DNA of 63,999 nt, the filler included. It is 5 parts of 5 records of this genome, joined end to end, with 100 filler letters (N's around TTAATTAATTAA, not from the genome) between each part and the next. Parts side by side here need not be neighbours in the genome. Positions count along the whole stretch, not along the records: positions 1 to 13,949 come from DRR723986_3078; 4 more parts are not named here. One strand, written 5' to 3'. Below the pieces are notes generated by a model that saw only the letters and a list, made by a program, of their open reading frames with translations, did not search any database and was not told where the DNA came from. Positions 1 to 9,695 of the stretch are shown here, piece by piece; position 1 is the first letter of the stretch, and each line of letters begins with the position of its first letter. The translations under genes were made by a program, and so were the position numbers.

Positions 1-207
1 GGGGATCCATCTCTGAAAAGCGCGTCAGGAGCGTCATGTCATGACGCGCCCGTTGCTTCCTTCGGGGATGGGCGCCCAGATGGCCGTTGGCCATCGGGCG
101 TGGCGCCTGAGGGGAATACCGCGTGACCAAACCGGACTGCGCCATGATCAGTCATGACTGGCCATGACCATAGCGGACTATAGCGGACAATAATGGACCA
201 GATGTGC

Positions 208-238
208 AAACGCCCCGGAACCCAAGTCCGGGGCGCGC
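208..238 (-). terminator. Probable intrinsic terminator downstream of the SDR gene
   Basis: Stem CGCCCCGGA/TCCGGGGCG with 7-nt loop and short T tract on minus strand, about 27 nt past the stop at 265. Confidence 0.5.
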
Positions 239-264
239 GGAAAAGATCGGATTGGATTGCCGGA

Positions 265-1182
265 TCAGATCGGGTCGTACGGGAACACGCTGGCCGTGGC
301 GCCCATGTCGGTGAAGTCGGCCTTCATGGCCGGCATGCACTGGTCGAGCAGGGTTTCCGGGTTCCAGCCTTCCAGGCGCGCGACAGATTTTACCGGGCGC
401 GGCTGGTTGAAGAGAACGACTTCATTGCCGCGCACGCCGAAGATCTGGCCGGACACGTCCTTGGCCTTGTCGGCGCAGAGGGCGACGGCAAGCTGGGCGA
501 CCTGGTCGGCCCGCATGCCTTCCTTCATCCGGTTGACGCGCTGGGCGCCCGCTTCGTCCTTCACCGGGATGGAGGCGATCATGCGCGTCCACGCAAACGG
601 TGCGATGATATTGGAACGGACATTCTTGCGCTCACCTTCCATCGCGACGATGCGCGACAGGCCGGCGATGCCCATCTTGGCTGCGGCATAGTTTGCCTGG
701 CCGATATTGCCGATGAGGCCTGACGTGGAGGTGAACAGCACGAAGGCGCCGCGCTCCTGTTCGCGGAAGAGCTCGATGGCCGCGCGGGTGACGTTGAAGC
801 TGCCGCGCAGGTGAACGTCGACCACGGCGTCCCAGTCGCTTTCGCTCATCTTGTGGAACATTGTATCGCGCAGGATGCCGGCCGGGTTGATAACAGCATC
901 GAGGCCGCCGAACGTGTCCTTGGCCTGCTCGACCATGCCTTCGACCGCTTTCATGTCGGTCACGCTGTCGGAGTTGGAGACCGCTTCGCCGCCTGCCGCA
1001 CGGATTTCCGCTGCCACTTTCTCTGCCGGACCGGCGTCGCCTTCGTCGCCGCCGGACAGGCCGCCGCCAAGGTCGTTGACCACGACTTTTGCGCCTTCCT
1101 TGGCGGCAAGCAGTGCCGTTTCCTTGCCGATCCCGTTACCGCCGCCGGTCACCAGGACCACTTTGCCCTCAAGCACGCCCAT
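265..1182 (-). CDS. Short-chain dehydrogenase/reductase (MFE-2/3-hydroxyacyl-CoA dehydrogenase-like)
   Basis: TGGGNGIG Rossmann motif, VVVNDLGG, AGILRD, YAAAK catalytic motif. Confidence 0.9.
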   Translation of the reverse strand: MGVLEGKVVLVTGGGNGIGKETALLAAKEGAKVVVNDLGGGLSGGDEGDAGPAEKVAAEIRAAGGEAVSNSDSVTDMKAVEGMVEQAKDTFGGLDAVINPAGILRDTMFHKMSESDWDAVVDVHLRGSFNVTRAAIELFREQERGAFVLFTSTSGLIGNIGQANYAAAKMGIAGLSRIVAMEGERKNVRSNIIAPFAWTRMIASIPVKDEAGAQRVNRMKEGMRADQVAQLAVALCADKAKDVSGQIFGVRGNEVVLFNQPRPVKSVARLEGWNPETLLDQCMPAMKADFTDMGATASVFPYDPI

Positions 1183-1295
1183 CTATCGTTTCTCCTTCGA
1201 TTGTCGTGACTATTCTCTGATCTGGCGCCACCCTAAGACCGGCCCGGCAATCTTCAAGGTTTGAAAGTTCCTTCCGGCGCGGCTAGACGTCTCGC

Positions 1296-1946
1296 ATGAC
1301 AAAGATTTTCAAGGCCGTGATCTGGGATTTCGGGGGCGTTTTTACCTCCTCACCCTTCGATGCTTTCGCCCGCTATGAAGCCGAGCAGGGGCTCCCCAAA
1401 GACTTCATCCGCACCGTCAACGCCACCAATCCGCTGGACAATGCCTGGGCCAAGCTCGAACAGAGCAAGGTAAGCGGAGAGGAGTTCGACGGCCTGTTCC
1501 GTGCAGAATCAAAAGTCCTCGGCCATGAAGTGCCGGGCGCCGATGTGCTGAAGCTCCTGTCCGGTTCGCTGCGCCCGCGCGTCGTGGAAGCGCTGAAAGT
1601 CTGCAAGTCGCACGGCAAGGTCGGCTGTATTACCAACAATGCGCCCATCGGGAAGGGCGCCTCGATGACGAATGACGAGAAGAAAGCCGCAGAGCTCGCG
1701 CATGTGTTCGACCAGTTCGACCATTTGATAGAAAGCTCGAAGATCGGCATCCGCAAGCCGGACCCGCGGATCTATGCCCTGATGTGCGAGGCGCTGGATG
1801 TCGACCCGGCCGACTGCGTCTATCTCGATGATCTCGGCATCAACCTGAAACCGGCCCGCGCCATGGGCATGACCACGATCAAGGTGCTGGGCGAAGACCA
1901 GCTGCTCGAAGATCTGAAATCGGCGACGGGATATGCAGTGGTCTAA
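1296..1946 (+). CDS. HAD-IA family hydrolase (epoxide-hydrolase N-terminal phosphatase-like)
   Basis: WDFGGV motif I, ITNN motif II, RKPDPRIY and YLDD motifs III/IV. Confidence 0.85.
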   Translation: MTKIFKAVIWDFGGVFTSSPFDAFARYEAEQGLPKDFIRTVNATNPLDNAWAKLEQSKVSGEEFDGLFRAESKVLGHEVPGADVLKLLSGSLRPRVVEALKVCKSHGKVGCITNNAPIGKGASMTNDEKKAAELAHVFDQFDHLIESSKIGIRKPDPRIYALMCEALDVDPADCVYLDDLGINLKPARAMGMTTIKVLGEDQLLEDLKSATGYAVV

Positions 1947-2520
1947 CGCGCGCAACGCGCTTCTGGCGGCTGGCCTGGCCGTGGGGTTTGCGGCGTGTTC
2001 GCCCGCCCCGGCAGAGCCGGTCTATCCGCCGGAGTCGCTGTCGCAGGATCCGCAGGCGCCCGAGCCGGTGGTCATTCCGGACGCCGTGGCGGCGACGCGC
2101 GACGAAATGCTGAAATATGCGCAGCGGGGCTCGCTGTCCGGCCTTTCGCGGCTGGCGCGGGAGAATCCGGGCTTTGTCTCGAACCTTGGCGGCGAGGGGC
2201 ACCGCGAATACTGGGACCTGATGCGCCGCATCGGCGTGGACCCGAACCGCAAGCTGCGGGCGCTGATGGAGCTGCCTGTGGGCGTGCGTGAGGTCGATGG
2301 CGTGAAATGGTATGTCTGGCCGGACCTCGCCGCGAAGAATGCCGAGGATTTGATCCCGGAAAAGCTCTCTTTCCGGGACCGCAAGCGGCTGCAGGATCTG
2401 GTCGGCGAGGACGGGATCGCAGAGATCCGCGCGGGCAAGGGCTATCCCGGCATGCGCACGGCGATCACCGAGGAGGGTGAGTGGGTGTATTTCGTGCTCG
2501 GCCAGGAAGCGGAGGAATAG
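1933..2520 (+). CDS. Hypothetical lipoprotein
   Basis: Signal peptide with lipobox FAAC; overlaps HAD stop and abuts next gene. Confidence 0.7.
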   Translation: MQWSNARNALLAAGLAVGFAACSPAPAEPVYPPESLSQDPQAPEPVVIPDAVAATRDEMLKYAQRGSLSGLSRLARENPGFVSNLGGEGHREYWDLMRRIGVDPNRKLRALMELPVGVREVDGVKWYVWPDLAAKNAEDLIPEKLSFRDRKRLQDLVGEDGIAEIRAGKGYPGMRTAITEEGEWVYFVLGQEAEE

Positions 2521-2817
2521 ATGATGACGAAGACAATCGGTGCCGACGCGGCTCTTGTGGCGCTCAAGGGCTGGGCGAAAGGGGAGGGCGAGCGTGACGA
2601 GATCACCAAGACGTTCCGCTTCGAGGATTTCAAGCAGGCCTTCGCCTTCATGACCGCCACCGCCCTGAAGGCCGAGCAGATGGATCACCATCCGGAATGG
2701 TCGAATGTCTACAACAAGGTCGAAGTCGTGCTGACGACGCATGACGCCGATGGCGTGACGACGCGCGACTTGGAGCTGGCCGGTTTCATGGACGCGCTGG
2801 CGGCGAAACTCCGCTAG
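2521..2817 (+). CDS. phhB: Pterin-4-alpha-carbinolamine dehydratase
   Basis: [33 protein letters not shown] signature. Confidence 0.92.
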   Translation: MMTKTIGADAALVALKGWAKGEGERDEITKTFRFEDFKQAFAFMTATALKAEQMDHHPEWSNVYNKVEVVLTTHDADGVTTRDLELAGFMDALAAKLR

Positions 2818-3093
2818 ATTTCCTGAAGGCTACAGAAATTTCAGAATTCACGGTGCTGCTGCTGCTGGTATGGGGCGATCGGTGCTGTTTCACGCGGTTT
2901 CCTCCAAATCGCGGCGGATCAAAAGCTGGACCCTGCCGCCGGAGGCGCTACCGCATCAGACCCTGTTAAGCAGCATGCGGATCCGGGCGCTGCTTTTTTC
3001 CGACTGAGCTGCCCGGTTTCCCCTAAGAGTATCTTGGCGGGGCCGCCCGCGACCTGTTAGCTGCACCCAGCAAAAAAACAGGAGGATACCGGC

Positions 3094-3867
3094 ATGGGAC
3101 GGGTTTCAGGCAAAATGGCGTTCATCACCGGCGGCGCGCAGGGGCTGGGCGAAGCGACCGCCCGCATGTTCGCGCGCGAAGGCGCCAAGGTCACCGTGAC
3201 CGATATCAATGGCGCGGGTGCCGAGGCTGTCGCCGCCTCCATCAACGAAGCCCATGGCGCCGGCACAGCCTTCGCCTGGCAGCACGACGTGACCGATGGC
3301 GACCGCTGGCAGGAAGTGCTGAAATCCGCCCATGACGCGATGGGCGGCCTGAACGTGCTGGTCAACAATGCCGGTATCGGCTCGCTGGGCTCCGTCGAGG
3401 ACGAGAATTACGAGACCTTCAAGCACGTCCAGACCGTGGACGTGGATTCGATCTTCCTTGGCTGCAAATATGCGATCCCGCTGATGCGCGATCATGGCCT
3501 CGGCTCGATCATCAATATCTCGTCCATCGCGGGCATCATCGCCAGCGGGAACTATGTCTCCTACAACACAGCCAAGGCGGCGGTGCGGCACATTTCGAAA
3601 TCGATCGCGCTGCATTGTGCCAAGACCGGCGGCCAGATCCGCTGCAATTCGGTGCACCCGGTCTTCATCAACACACCGATCCTGGATCGCACCAAGGAAA
3701 TGTTCGGCGAGGAAGAAGCCCTCGCGAAGCTCGGCCGCCAGATCCCGCTCGGCAAGGTCGGCGAGCCGGACGACATCGCCTATGCCGTGCTCTATCTCGC
3801 CTCGGACGAGTCGAAACTCGTCACTGGCATCGAGCTGAAGGTGGATGGCGGCATTTCGGCCATGTAG
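3094..3867 (+). CDS. SDR family oxidoreductase (cyclopentanol/3-beta-hydroxysteroid dehydrogenase-like)
   Basis: TGGAQGLG, NNAG, NISSIAG, YNTAK; RBS GGAGG upstream. Confidence 0.9.
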   Translation: MGRVSGKMAFITGGAQGLGEATARMFAREGAKVTVTDINGAGAEAVAASINEAHGAGTAFAWQHDVTDGDRWQEVLKSAHDAMGGLNVLVNNAGIGSLGSVEDENYETFKHVQTVDVDSIFLGCKYAIPLMRDHGLGSIINISSIAGIIASGNYVSYNTAKAAVRHISKSIALHCAKTGGQIRCNSVHPVFINTPILDRTKEMFGEEEALAKLGRQIPLGKVGEPDDIAYAVLYLASDESKLVTGIELKVDGGISAM

Positions 3868-3900
3868 GCTGGGCCCGACTGAAAAAGCGGGGGCTTCCGG

Positions 3901-4656
3901 ATGAAACGGCAGATCTTGTGCGCTGGTCTTTTGCTGGCTTTGGCAGGGTGCCAGAGCGATGATGAGCAAACCGGCAAGAGCGGGGCAGACATCAATGCCC
4001 TCAAGGCAACGCTCTCCGGCGAGGCCTGTCCGGATGTCGGCCAGAAGGCCTATTTTTTCTGGATGGAGCCGCGCTCTGCGGAGCCGGGCGACAAGATCGC
4101 GCTGTTCCCGTACTGGACGGATATGCCGGGCGGCTACAATGACCTGCCGCCCGGATGCCTCGACGATCTCGGCGTCTATCCGGAAGGGGCGGCGGTGTTC
4201 ACCCGGCAGGAAGATGGCGTGCCGATTGCCGAGGTCAGCGCTGATGTCCAGGCGGGCACGCGCATCAGGCTGGAAGCGACCTATAACGGGCATGGCCTGA
4301 CAGGGCCGGTGGAAGTATACCGCGCCGCCGACAATCCGCTGGTCGGCATTTGGCGGCAGGACGGGGAAGGCTGCCCGGCAAACAGCGCCATACAGGAACT
4401 GGTGTTCACCGGGGGCGGAGACTTCTCCGTCACCTGGACACCGTTCGAAGTCTACAAGGACTATTGGGGCACCTACACCTATGATGCGGAAACCGGCGCG
4501 ATCCATCTGGAGGTCGAAAGCGGCAACCAGGTTCCAGGCGATATCGTCCCTGACGGCACGGTTACGGCAGACGAAACGGGGCTGCGTTTCGAGACGCTGA
4601 GCTTCGGCACGCCGGGGCAGGCGAGCGGCGCCTGCGATGGCGGTTTCCCGAAATAG
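3901..4656 (+). CDS. Hypothetical lipoprotein
   Basis: Lipobox LAGC; C-terminal LVGIW...WGTY pattern suggests a lipocalin-like barrel (inference). Confidence 0.7.
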   Translation: MKRQILCAGLLLALAGCQSDDEQTGKSGADINALKATLSGEACPDVGQKAYFFWMEPRSAEPGDKIALFPYWTDMPGGYNDLPPGCLDDLGVYPEGAAVFTRQEDGVPIAEVSADVQAGTRIRLEATYNGHGLTGPVEVYRAADNPLVGIWRQDGEGCPANSAIQELVFTGGGDFSVTWTPFEVYKDYWGTYTYDAETGAIHLEVESGNQVPGDIVPDGTVTADETGLRFETLSFGTPGQASGACDGGFPK

Positions 4657-4731
4657 GCTCTTCACGTTTTTTGCGCTTGCCGAAAAAATTGTTCCCCTTA
4701 TGTTCCGGCGCTCAAGCAAGGAGGCTGACTC

Positions 4732-5109
4732 ATGATTGGATATGTAATGCTCGGCACGAAAGACCTCGCGCGCGGCGCGAAGTTCTATGATGCCATCGCG
4801 GAGGAACTGGGCGCAAAGCGGCTGATGGAAGACAAGCAGCTGATCGTCTGGGGCAAGCCGGGCAGCAAGGCTGATTTCAGCCTGACCTATCCATGGGACC
4901 AGGACCCGGCCTCGGTCGGCAATGGCACGATGGTGGCGATTGAAGCGGCCAGCAAGGAACAGGTCGACCGGGTCTACGAGATCGCCATCGCCAATGGTGC
5001 GAGCGATGAAGGTCCCCCGGGCCAGCGGTTCGAGACGTTCTATGCCGGCTATTTCCGTGACCTCGATGGCAACAAGCTGAACGTCTACTATTCCAGCATG
5101 TCAGCCTGA
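4732..5109 (+). CDS. VOC/glyoxalase family protein
   Basis: MIGYVMLG...KFYD, GNGTMVA, YAGYFRDLDGNKL; RBS AAGGAGG. Confidence 0.9.
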   Translation: MIGYVMLGTKDLARGAKFYDAIAEELGAKRLMEDKQLIVWGKPGSKADFSLTYPWDQDPASVGNGTMVAIEAASKEQVDRVYEIAIANGASDEGPPGQRFETFYAGYFRDLDGNKLNVYYSSMSA

Positions 5110-6342
5110 GCCGAGTGGCTGCTTGCCGGTGACCAGCAGGGCATAGGCGCTCAGTATACAGAACACGGCAGCGGACGCCATGAAGGGTAGGCTGGGGTTG
5201 GTCATGTAAAGGACTGAGCCGAGCAGGGGCCCAACGACAAATCCGGCTGGCGGGGCGGAGGCGAGCAAGGCCGCCGCGCCCGCCTGTTCGGACCGGCCCA
5301 CGGAAAGACTGCCCAGCGCATTGGCTGACGGCACGGCCAGCGCCGCGCCGATGCCGACGATCACGAAGCTGACCATCACCATCCAGAAGGGATGGAAGAG
5401 GTCAGCGGACAGATACCCCACTGCCAGCAGGCCAAGACCGATCGGCAGAATGCGCCGCGGGTCCGGGCTGCGCCGGGAGACATAGCCGAACTGCACGATG
5501 ATGATGGCGACCGAGGTGCACGCCATGGTGAGGCCGGTATAGAGCACGACCGCCTGTTCGGCCGTCTGCACCGCGGTGTCGGAGAATTCGTACCGGTCTG
5601 CGATGAACCAGCCAATGGTCTGCTGGATCATGCCAACAGCGACGAAATAGACGAACAGGAAGGCAAGATGCGGGAAGACACGCGGATCCCGCATCGACAG
5701 CGGCGGCGGGCGCTTGTGATGGTGCGGCAGGGGCCGGGTCGGCGGCAGTGCCACGGCGATGAGCACTGCGACGACAAGGTTGAACACGATCGTGCCCCAG
5801 AGCGGGGCCAACGCATCGATCCGGGCGAGGACCGCGGCGCCTGCCGGGCCGAGGATCGAGCCGAGGCTCATTGCGGCGCCCAGCATGCCGAGCCCGCCCG
5901 CGCGGGTCGCGGGCGTGGTCGCATCGGTCATGGCTGCCATCGCCGCAGGCTGCAGGCCGGGGGCGAGGAAGCCGAACAGGGTGCGCACAAAGGCGAGCAA
6001 CATGAAGGCGGCGATGCCGGTGACAAGCCCGGCCAGGGCTGCGCTCAGAGCAAACAGAAAGGCCATGTTGGCGAGGCCCATGGCTGTCAGCGAGAAGATC
6101 ATGACGCGCTTGCGGCCCACCCGGTCGGCGATGCGGCCCCAGATGGGCGTGAAGATCGTGTAGAGGACCGAGGAAAAGGTCAGGATGCCCGCGATCTCGA
6201 TTTCGGTGAGGCCGGCCTCGCGGGCGAGGGGGGCGACGACCACGAAATTGATGGTCATGCCCGCGCCCATCGACACAGTGCCCAACGCAATCATCATTTT
6301 CTGGAACCGGGTGAGCGGCAACAGAGGGGTATCGGAGTCCAT
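5101..6342 (-). CDS. MFS transporter (start uncertain, 6342 or 6354)
   Basis: About 12 hydrophobic segments; motif A WGRIADRVGRKRV. Confidence 0.88.
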   Translation of the reverse strand: MDSDTPLLPLTRFQKMMIALGTVSMGAGMTINFVVVAPLAREAGLTEIEIAGILTFSSVLYTIFTPIWGRIADRVGRKRVMIFSLTAMGLANMAFLFALSAALAGLVTGIAAFMLLAFVRTLFGFLAPGLQPAAMAAMTDATTPATRAGGLGMLGAAMSLGSILGPAGAAVLARIDALAPLWGTIVFNLVVAVLIAVALPPTRPLPHHHKRPPPLSMRDPRVFPHLAFLFVYFVAVGMIQQTIGWFIADRYEFSDTAVQTAEQAVVLYTGLTMACTSVAIIIVQFGYVSRRSPDPRRILPIGLGLLAVGYLSADLFHPFWMVMVSFVIVGIGAALAVPSANALGSLSVGRSEQAGAAALLASAPPAGFVVGPLLGSVLYMTNPSLPFMASAAVFCILSAYALLVTGKQPLGSG

Positions 6343-6530
6343 GTTTTCCGTCACCCGCTGCCGCTGCCTCCCTCTGAACCTCACCCCAACCGGGCAACGC
6401 TAGAACGCTCCGCGCGGCTTGCCAAACCATTTCCCTGCGACAGAGGGCTGGCTTGCCGGGGTGGGGCACACCAGTTTAAGGACGAGCAAACCCTGGCTGA
6501 AACCCCGGCTGAAACCACGGACCCCCGCGC

Positions 6531-6851
6531 ATGCATTCCCTTCTTGTGGCGATCTACTCCTACTTCCTGAACCCGATCCTGACGCTGCTGCTGTTCCTGA
6601 TCTTCGCCTATGTGATCATGAGCTGGCTGGTCGTCGGCGGCGTATTGTCGATGCGAAACCCGACCGTGCGGCAGATCCAGTACGTGCTGGACAGTGTGAT
6701 GTTGCCGCTGCTGCGCCCGATCCAGCGCTATGTGCCGCCGCTCGGCCAGCTGGACCTGTCGGTCTTCCTGCTCGCGCTTGGCATCCTGTTCACGCGCGAC
6801 TGGCTGCTGCCGGTGATCATCGGCATGTTCCGGCCATCCCTCGGATACTGA
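6531..6851 (+). CDS. yggT: YggT family membrane protein
   Basis: IMSWL...PLLRPIQRYVPPLGQLDLS motif; adjacent to DUF167 gene. Confidence 0.85.
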   Translation: MHSLLVAIYSYFLNPILTLLLFLIFAYVIMSWLVVGGVLSMRNPTVRQIQYVLDSVMLPLLRPIQRYVPPLGQLDLSVFLLALGILFTRDWLLPVIIGMFRPSLGY

Positions 6852-6858
6852 GGCCGGA

Positions 6859-7140
6859 TTGCAGCATCGCCTCACCGTCCGCGTCCAGCCCAAGGCCTCG
6901 GCCGACCGGATCGAGGACTGGGGGCAAGATGATGCCGGGCGGAAATTCCTGAAAGTACGCGTGCGTGCAGTGCCGGAGGACGGCAAGGCGAATAGCGCTG
7001 TCCAGAAATTGGTCGCCAGGTGGCTTGGGTTGCCCAGGTCTGCGGTCAGAGTCGTGACAGGCGGCAAGACTCGGCTAAAAGGCCTCGAAATCGATGGGCC
7101 GCCCGAGCTTGCGGCTCGCTTAAGCGGGGACGACACATGA
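6859..7140 (+). CDS. yggU: DUF167 (YggU) family protein
   Basis: [24 protein letters not shown] motifs. Confidence 0.88.
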   Translation: MQHRLTVRVQPKASADRIEDWGQDDAGRKFLKVRVRAVPEDGKANSAVQKLVARWLGLPRSAVRVVTGGKTRLKGLEIDGPPELAARLSGDDT

Positions 7141-8024
7141 CCGCCATCCGGATCAGTGGAAAAGACATTGCTGCCGACGTGCGGGCCAAGGTGGCCGCCG
7201 AAGTGGCGAAACTGGCCGCAAAGCCCTGCCTGGCGGTGATCCTTGTCGGCGAAGACCCGGCCAGCGAGGTCTATGTCCGCAACAAGGTGAAACAGACTGA
7301 AGAGGCCGGCATGGTTTCCCGGCACCACCGCCTGCCGGCGACGGCGACGCAGGAGGAAGTCGAAACCCTGATCGCCGATCTCAATGCCGACGCGGAGGTC
7401 GATGGCATCCTGTTGCAACTGCCGCTGCCAAAGGGCCTCGATCCCGATGCCGCGATTGAGCGGATCGACCCGTCCAAGGATGTCGACGGCCTGACTGAAG
7501 TCTCCGCCGGGCGCCTGTCGCTGGGCAAGCCTGGGCTGCGGTCCTGCACGCCGTCCGGCTGTGTCATCCTGGCGAAACGGGCCCTCGGCGACGACCTTTC
7601 CGGCAAGCATGTCGTGGTGATCGGCCGCTCGATCCTTGTCGGCAAGCCGGCCGCGCTGCTGTTCCTGGCCGAGAACTGCACGGTCACCATCGCTCATTCG
7701 CGCACGAAGGACCTGCCGGCGGTGTGCCGCGAGGCAGACATTCTGGTGCCGGCGGTCGGGCGGCCGCAAATGGTGAAAGGCGACTGGGTGAAGCCCGGCG
7801 CCACGGTCATCGATGTCGGCATCAACCGCATTCCCGCCCCCGAGAAAGGGGAGGGCAAGACCCGCCTCGTCGGCGATGCGGACTTTGACAGCTGCGCAGA
7901 CGTCGCTGGCCATATCACGCCGGTGCCGGGCGGGGTGGGACCGATGACGATTGCCTGCTTGCTGGTGAACACGCTCTATGCCGCCTGTGCCCGGCGCGGC
8001 TGGCAGACACCGGAAATCGGATGA
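7137..8024 (+). CDS. folD: Bifunctional methylenetetrahydrofolate dehydrogenase/cyclohydrolase
   Basis: [41 protein letters not shown] overlap with yggU. Confidence 0.97.
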   Translation: MTAIRISGKDIAADVRAKVAAEVAKLAAKPCLAVILVGEDPASEVYVRNKVKQTEEAGMVSRHHRLPATATQEEVETLIADLNADAEVDGILLQLPLPKGLDPDAAIERIDPSKDVDGLTEVSAGRLSLGKPGLRSCTPSGCVILAKRALGDDLSGKHVVVIGRSILVGKPAALLFLAENCTVTIAHSRTKDLPAVCREADILVPAVGRPQMVKGDWVKPGATVIDVGINRIPAPEKGEGKTRLVGDADFDSCADVAGHITPVPGGVGPMTIACLLVNTLYAACARRGWQTPEIG

Positions 8025-8296
8025 GCCAGCCTTTCGCCCCGACCGAGACGCCCCTGTTCAAGGCCTTATGGGAAGCCCAGGATGGGCGCTGCGCGCTGTG
8101 TGGGGAGTCGATGCCGTCCAACCGGTTCGATGTCGCCCATTCGACGGTCTGGAAACACCAGCGCCCGACCTATGACCACATCATCGCCGTCGCGCGCGGC
8201 GGGCCGGATTCGGCCGATAACCTTCAGCTGGCCCATGCCCGCTGCAACAAGGCGAAGGGCATGGGCAATGTCCGCCCGCCACTCAGAAAAGATTAG
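8021..8296 (+). CDS. Small stand-alone HNH endonuclease
   Basis: CALCG...DHII...GG...[18 protein letters not shown] overlap with folD. Confidence 0.85.
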   Translation: MSQPFAPTETPLFKALWEAQDGRCALCGESMPSNRFDVAHSTVWKHQRPTYDHIIAVARGGPDSADNLQLAHARCNKAKGMGNVRPPLRKD

Positions 8297-8323
8297 GCCA
8301 GAAGACAAGGACCAGGCTGGCGG

Positions 8324-9064
8324 CTAGGCCAGCCCGGCCTCTTTCGCGGCGGCCTGATAGGTGCGGGAAACAGGCACGTCGGTGCCGTTCTTCAGGACCA
8401 GGACCAGCTTGCTATTGTCACGCCGGGCGTCGCTGACCCCCGCCTTCGCGACCCACCAGGACCGGTGCACCTGTACGCCGGGCGCGCCGTCTAGTTCCCG
8501 CACCGCATCGACGAGGCGCATCAGGATCAGCTCTTCGCCGAGATTGGTATGGACCCGCAGGTAATGGTCCTCCGATGAGATGGCCCAGAGTTCCGCATGG
8601 CGGAACTTCACCGGCAGACGGTCGAGGAAACGCTGCCGCGCATCGACCGGTTTAGCCCTTCCGGCATCCGCCGGTTCCCGGGCTTTCGAGATCAGGAAAC
8701 CGGCCAGCGTCAGCATCAGCGAGATCGCAAAGACATAGACATATTGCATCGGCAGGAGATGGACTGGCATCCAGATGCCGAAGGCGCCCATATAGAGGTA
8801 GAGCGAAGCCAGCACCGGCACGGATATGAGCGCTGCTGCTGCTGTCGCCTGAACTGGCACCAGCTTGCCCACGAGTTCGCGATCGAAAATGGCCGGGATG
8901 ACGAAAACGGATGCAATACCGCCCACCGTGCAGGTAATGACCCACATCAGGAAACGGACCCAGATGGGAGAATCCTGATCGTAGACGCCGAGAAAGGTGA
9001 GCAGCGCCGAGATCCCGAGGATCACCGCTGCTTCCCGCAGCCGTTTCTTCAGGTAATCGGGCAT
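8324..9064 (-). CDS. Membrane-anchored LytTR family transcriptional regulator
   Basis: Four N-terminal hydrophobic helices; SEDHYLRVHT, QVHRSWWV, VPVSRTY; AGGAG RBS before ATG at 9064. Confidence 0.9.
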   Translation of the reverse strand: MPDYLKKRLREAAVILGISALLTFLGVYDQDSPIWVRFLMWVITCTVGGIASVFVIPAIFDRELVGKLVPVQATAAAALISVPVLASLYLYMGAFGIWMPVHLLPMQYVYVFAISLMLTLAGFLISKAREPADAGRAKPVDARQRFLDRLPVKFRHAELWAISSEDHYLRVHTNLGEELILMRLVDAVRELDGAPGVQVHRSWWVAKAGVSDARRDNSKLVLVLKNGTDVPVSRTYQAAAKEAGLA

Positions 9065-9086
9065 GTCTGCTCCTTGCATTTCGCGC

Positions 9087-9117
9087 TTCGCGAACCGTTT
9101 TGGCCGTATTTCGCGAA
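9087..9117. promoter_or_regulatory. Candidate LytTR operator: two TTCGCGAA octamers
   Basis: TTCGCGAA at 9087-9094 and 9110-9117 in the divergent intergenic region. Confidence 0.55.
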
Positions 9118-9240
9118 GGATTCCAGCCTCTCCGCGTAGTTGGCATGGTAGCGGCGGCGGAGCCTGCGCACTCTCTCCTCATCGACCGCCGGACAGGGCC
9201 TCAGAACACCGGGGCCGGGACCCAGACGAGGAGACAAATT

Positions 9241-9660
9241 ATGAAATATGTTCTGAATTCCTTCATCGCCGCCGCGCTGGCCGCCGGGATTGCCGGACAC
9301 GCCGCTGCCGCCGACCTGACCGTCCGCATCGAGGGCGTGGACGCGGCGACTGGCACATTCCATGTCGCCGTGTTCGGCGCCGATGGCTGGGATAAAAATG
9401 AGGAGGTTACCGGCAGGATCGCCCCCGTCGAAGACGGCACGGAACTCGTCTTCACCGGCCTCGAACCGGGCGTGTACGGCATCAAGGTCTATCAGGATGT
9501 CGACAACAACGGCGAGTTGAACCTCGGCGTGTGGCGCATCCCGACCGAGCCCTACGGGTTTTCCAATGATGTCTCGGTCCGGATGGGGCCGCCCAAATTC
9601 GACAAGGCAGGCTTCGAACTCACCGAGGCCGGCACCGTCCAGACAATCAAGCTTAAGTAA
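9241..9660 (+). CDS. DUF2141 family secreted protein
   Basis: Signal peptide; PGVYGIKVYQDVDNNGEL...PTEPYGFSND...GPPKF; RBS GAGGAG. Confidence 0.88.
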   Translation: MKYVLNSFIAAALAAGIAGHAAAADLTVRIEGVDAATGTFHVAVFGADGWDKNEEVTGRIAPVEDGTELVFTGLEPGVYGIKVYQDVDNNGELNLGVWRIPTEPYGFSNDVSVRMGPPKFDKAGFELTEAGTVQTIKLK

Positions 9661-9695
9661 CTCACAGACCCCACGCCAGAACGGGAGCCTCCGCC

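Noticed and set aside
142-203. Short repeats (CATGA units, ATAGCGGAC x2)
   Set aside because: Too short and irregular to support a call.
3106-7913. Long antisense/alternate-frame ORFs (3106-4719, 5392-6570, 5402-6469, 6381-7913)
   Set aside because: Shadows of well-supported genes in high-GC DNA; no recognisable motifs.
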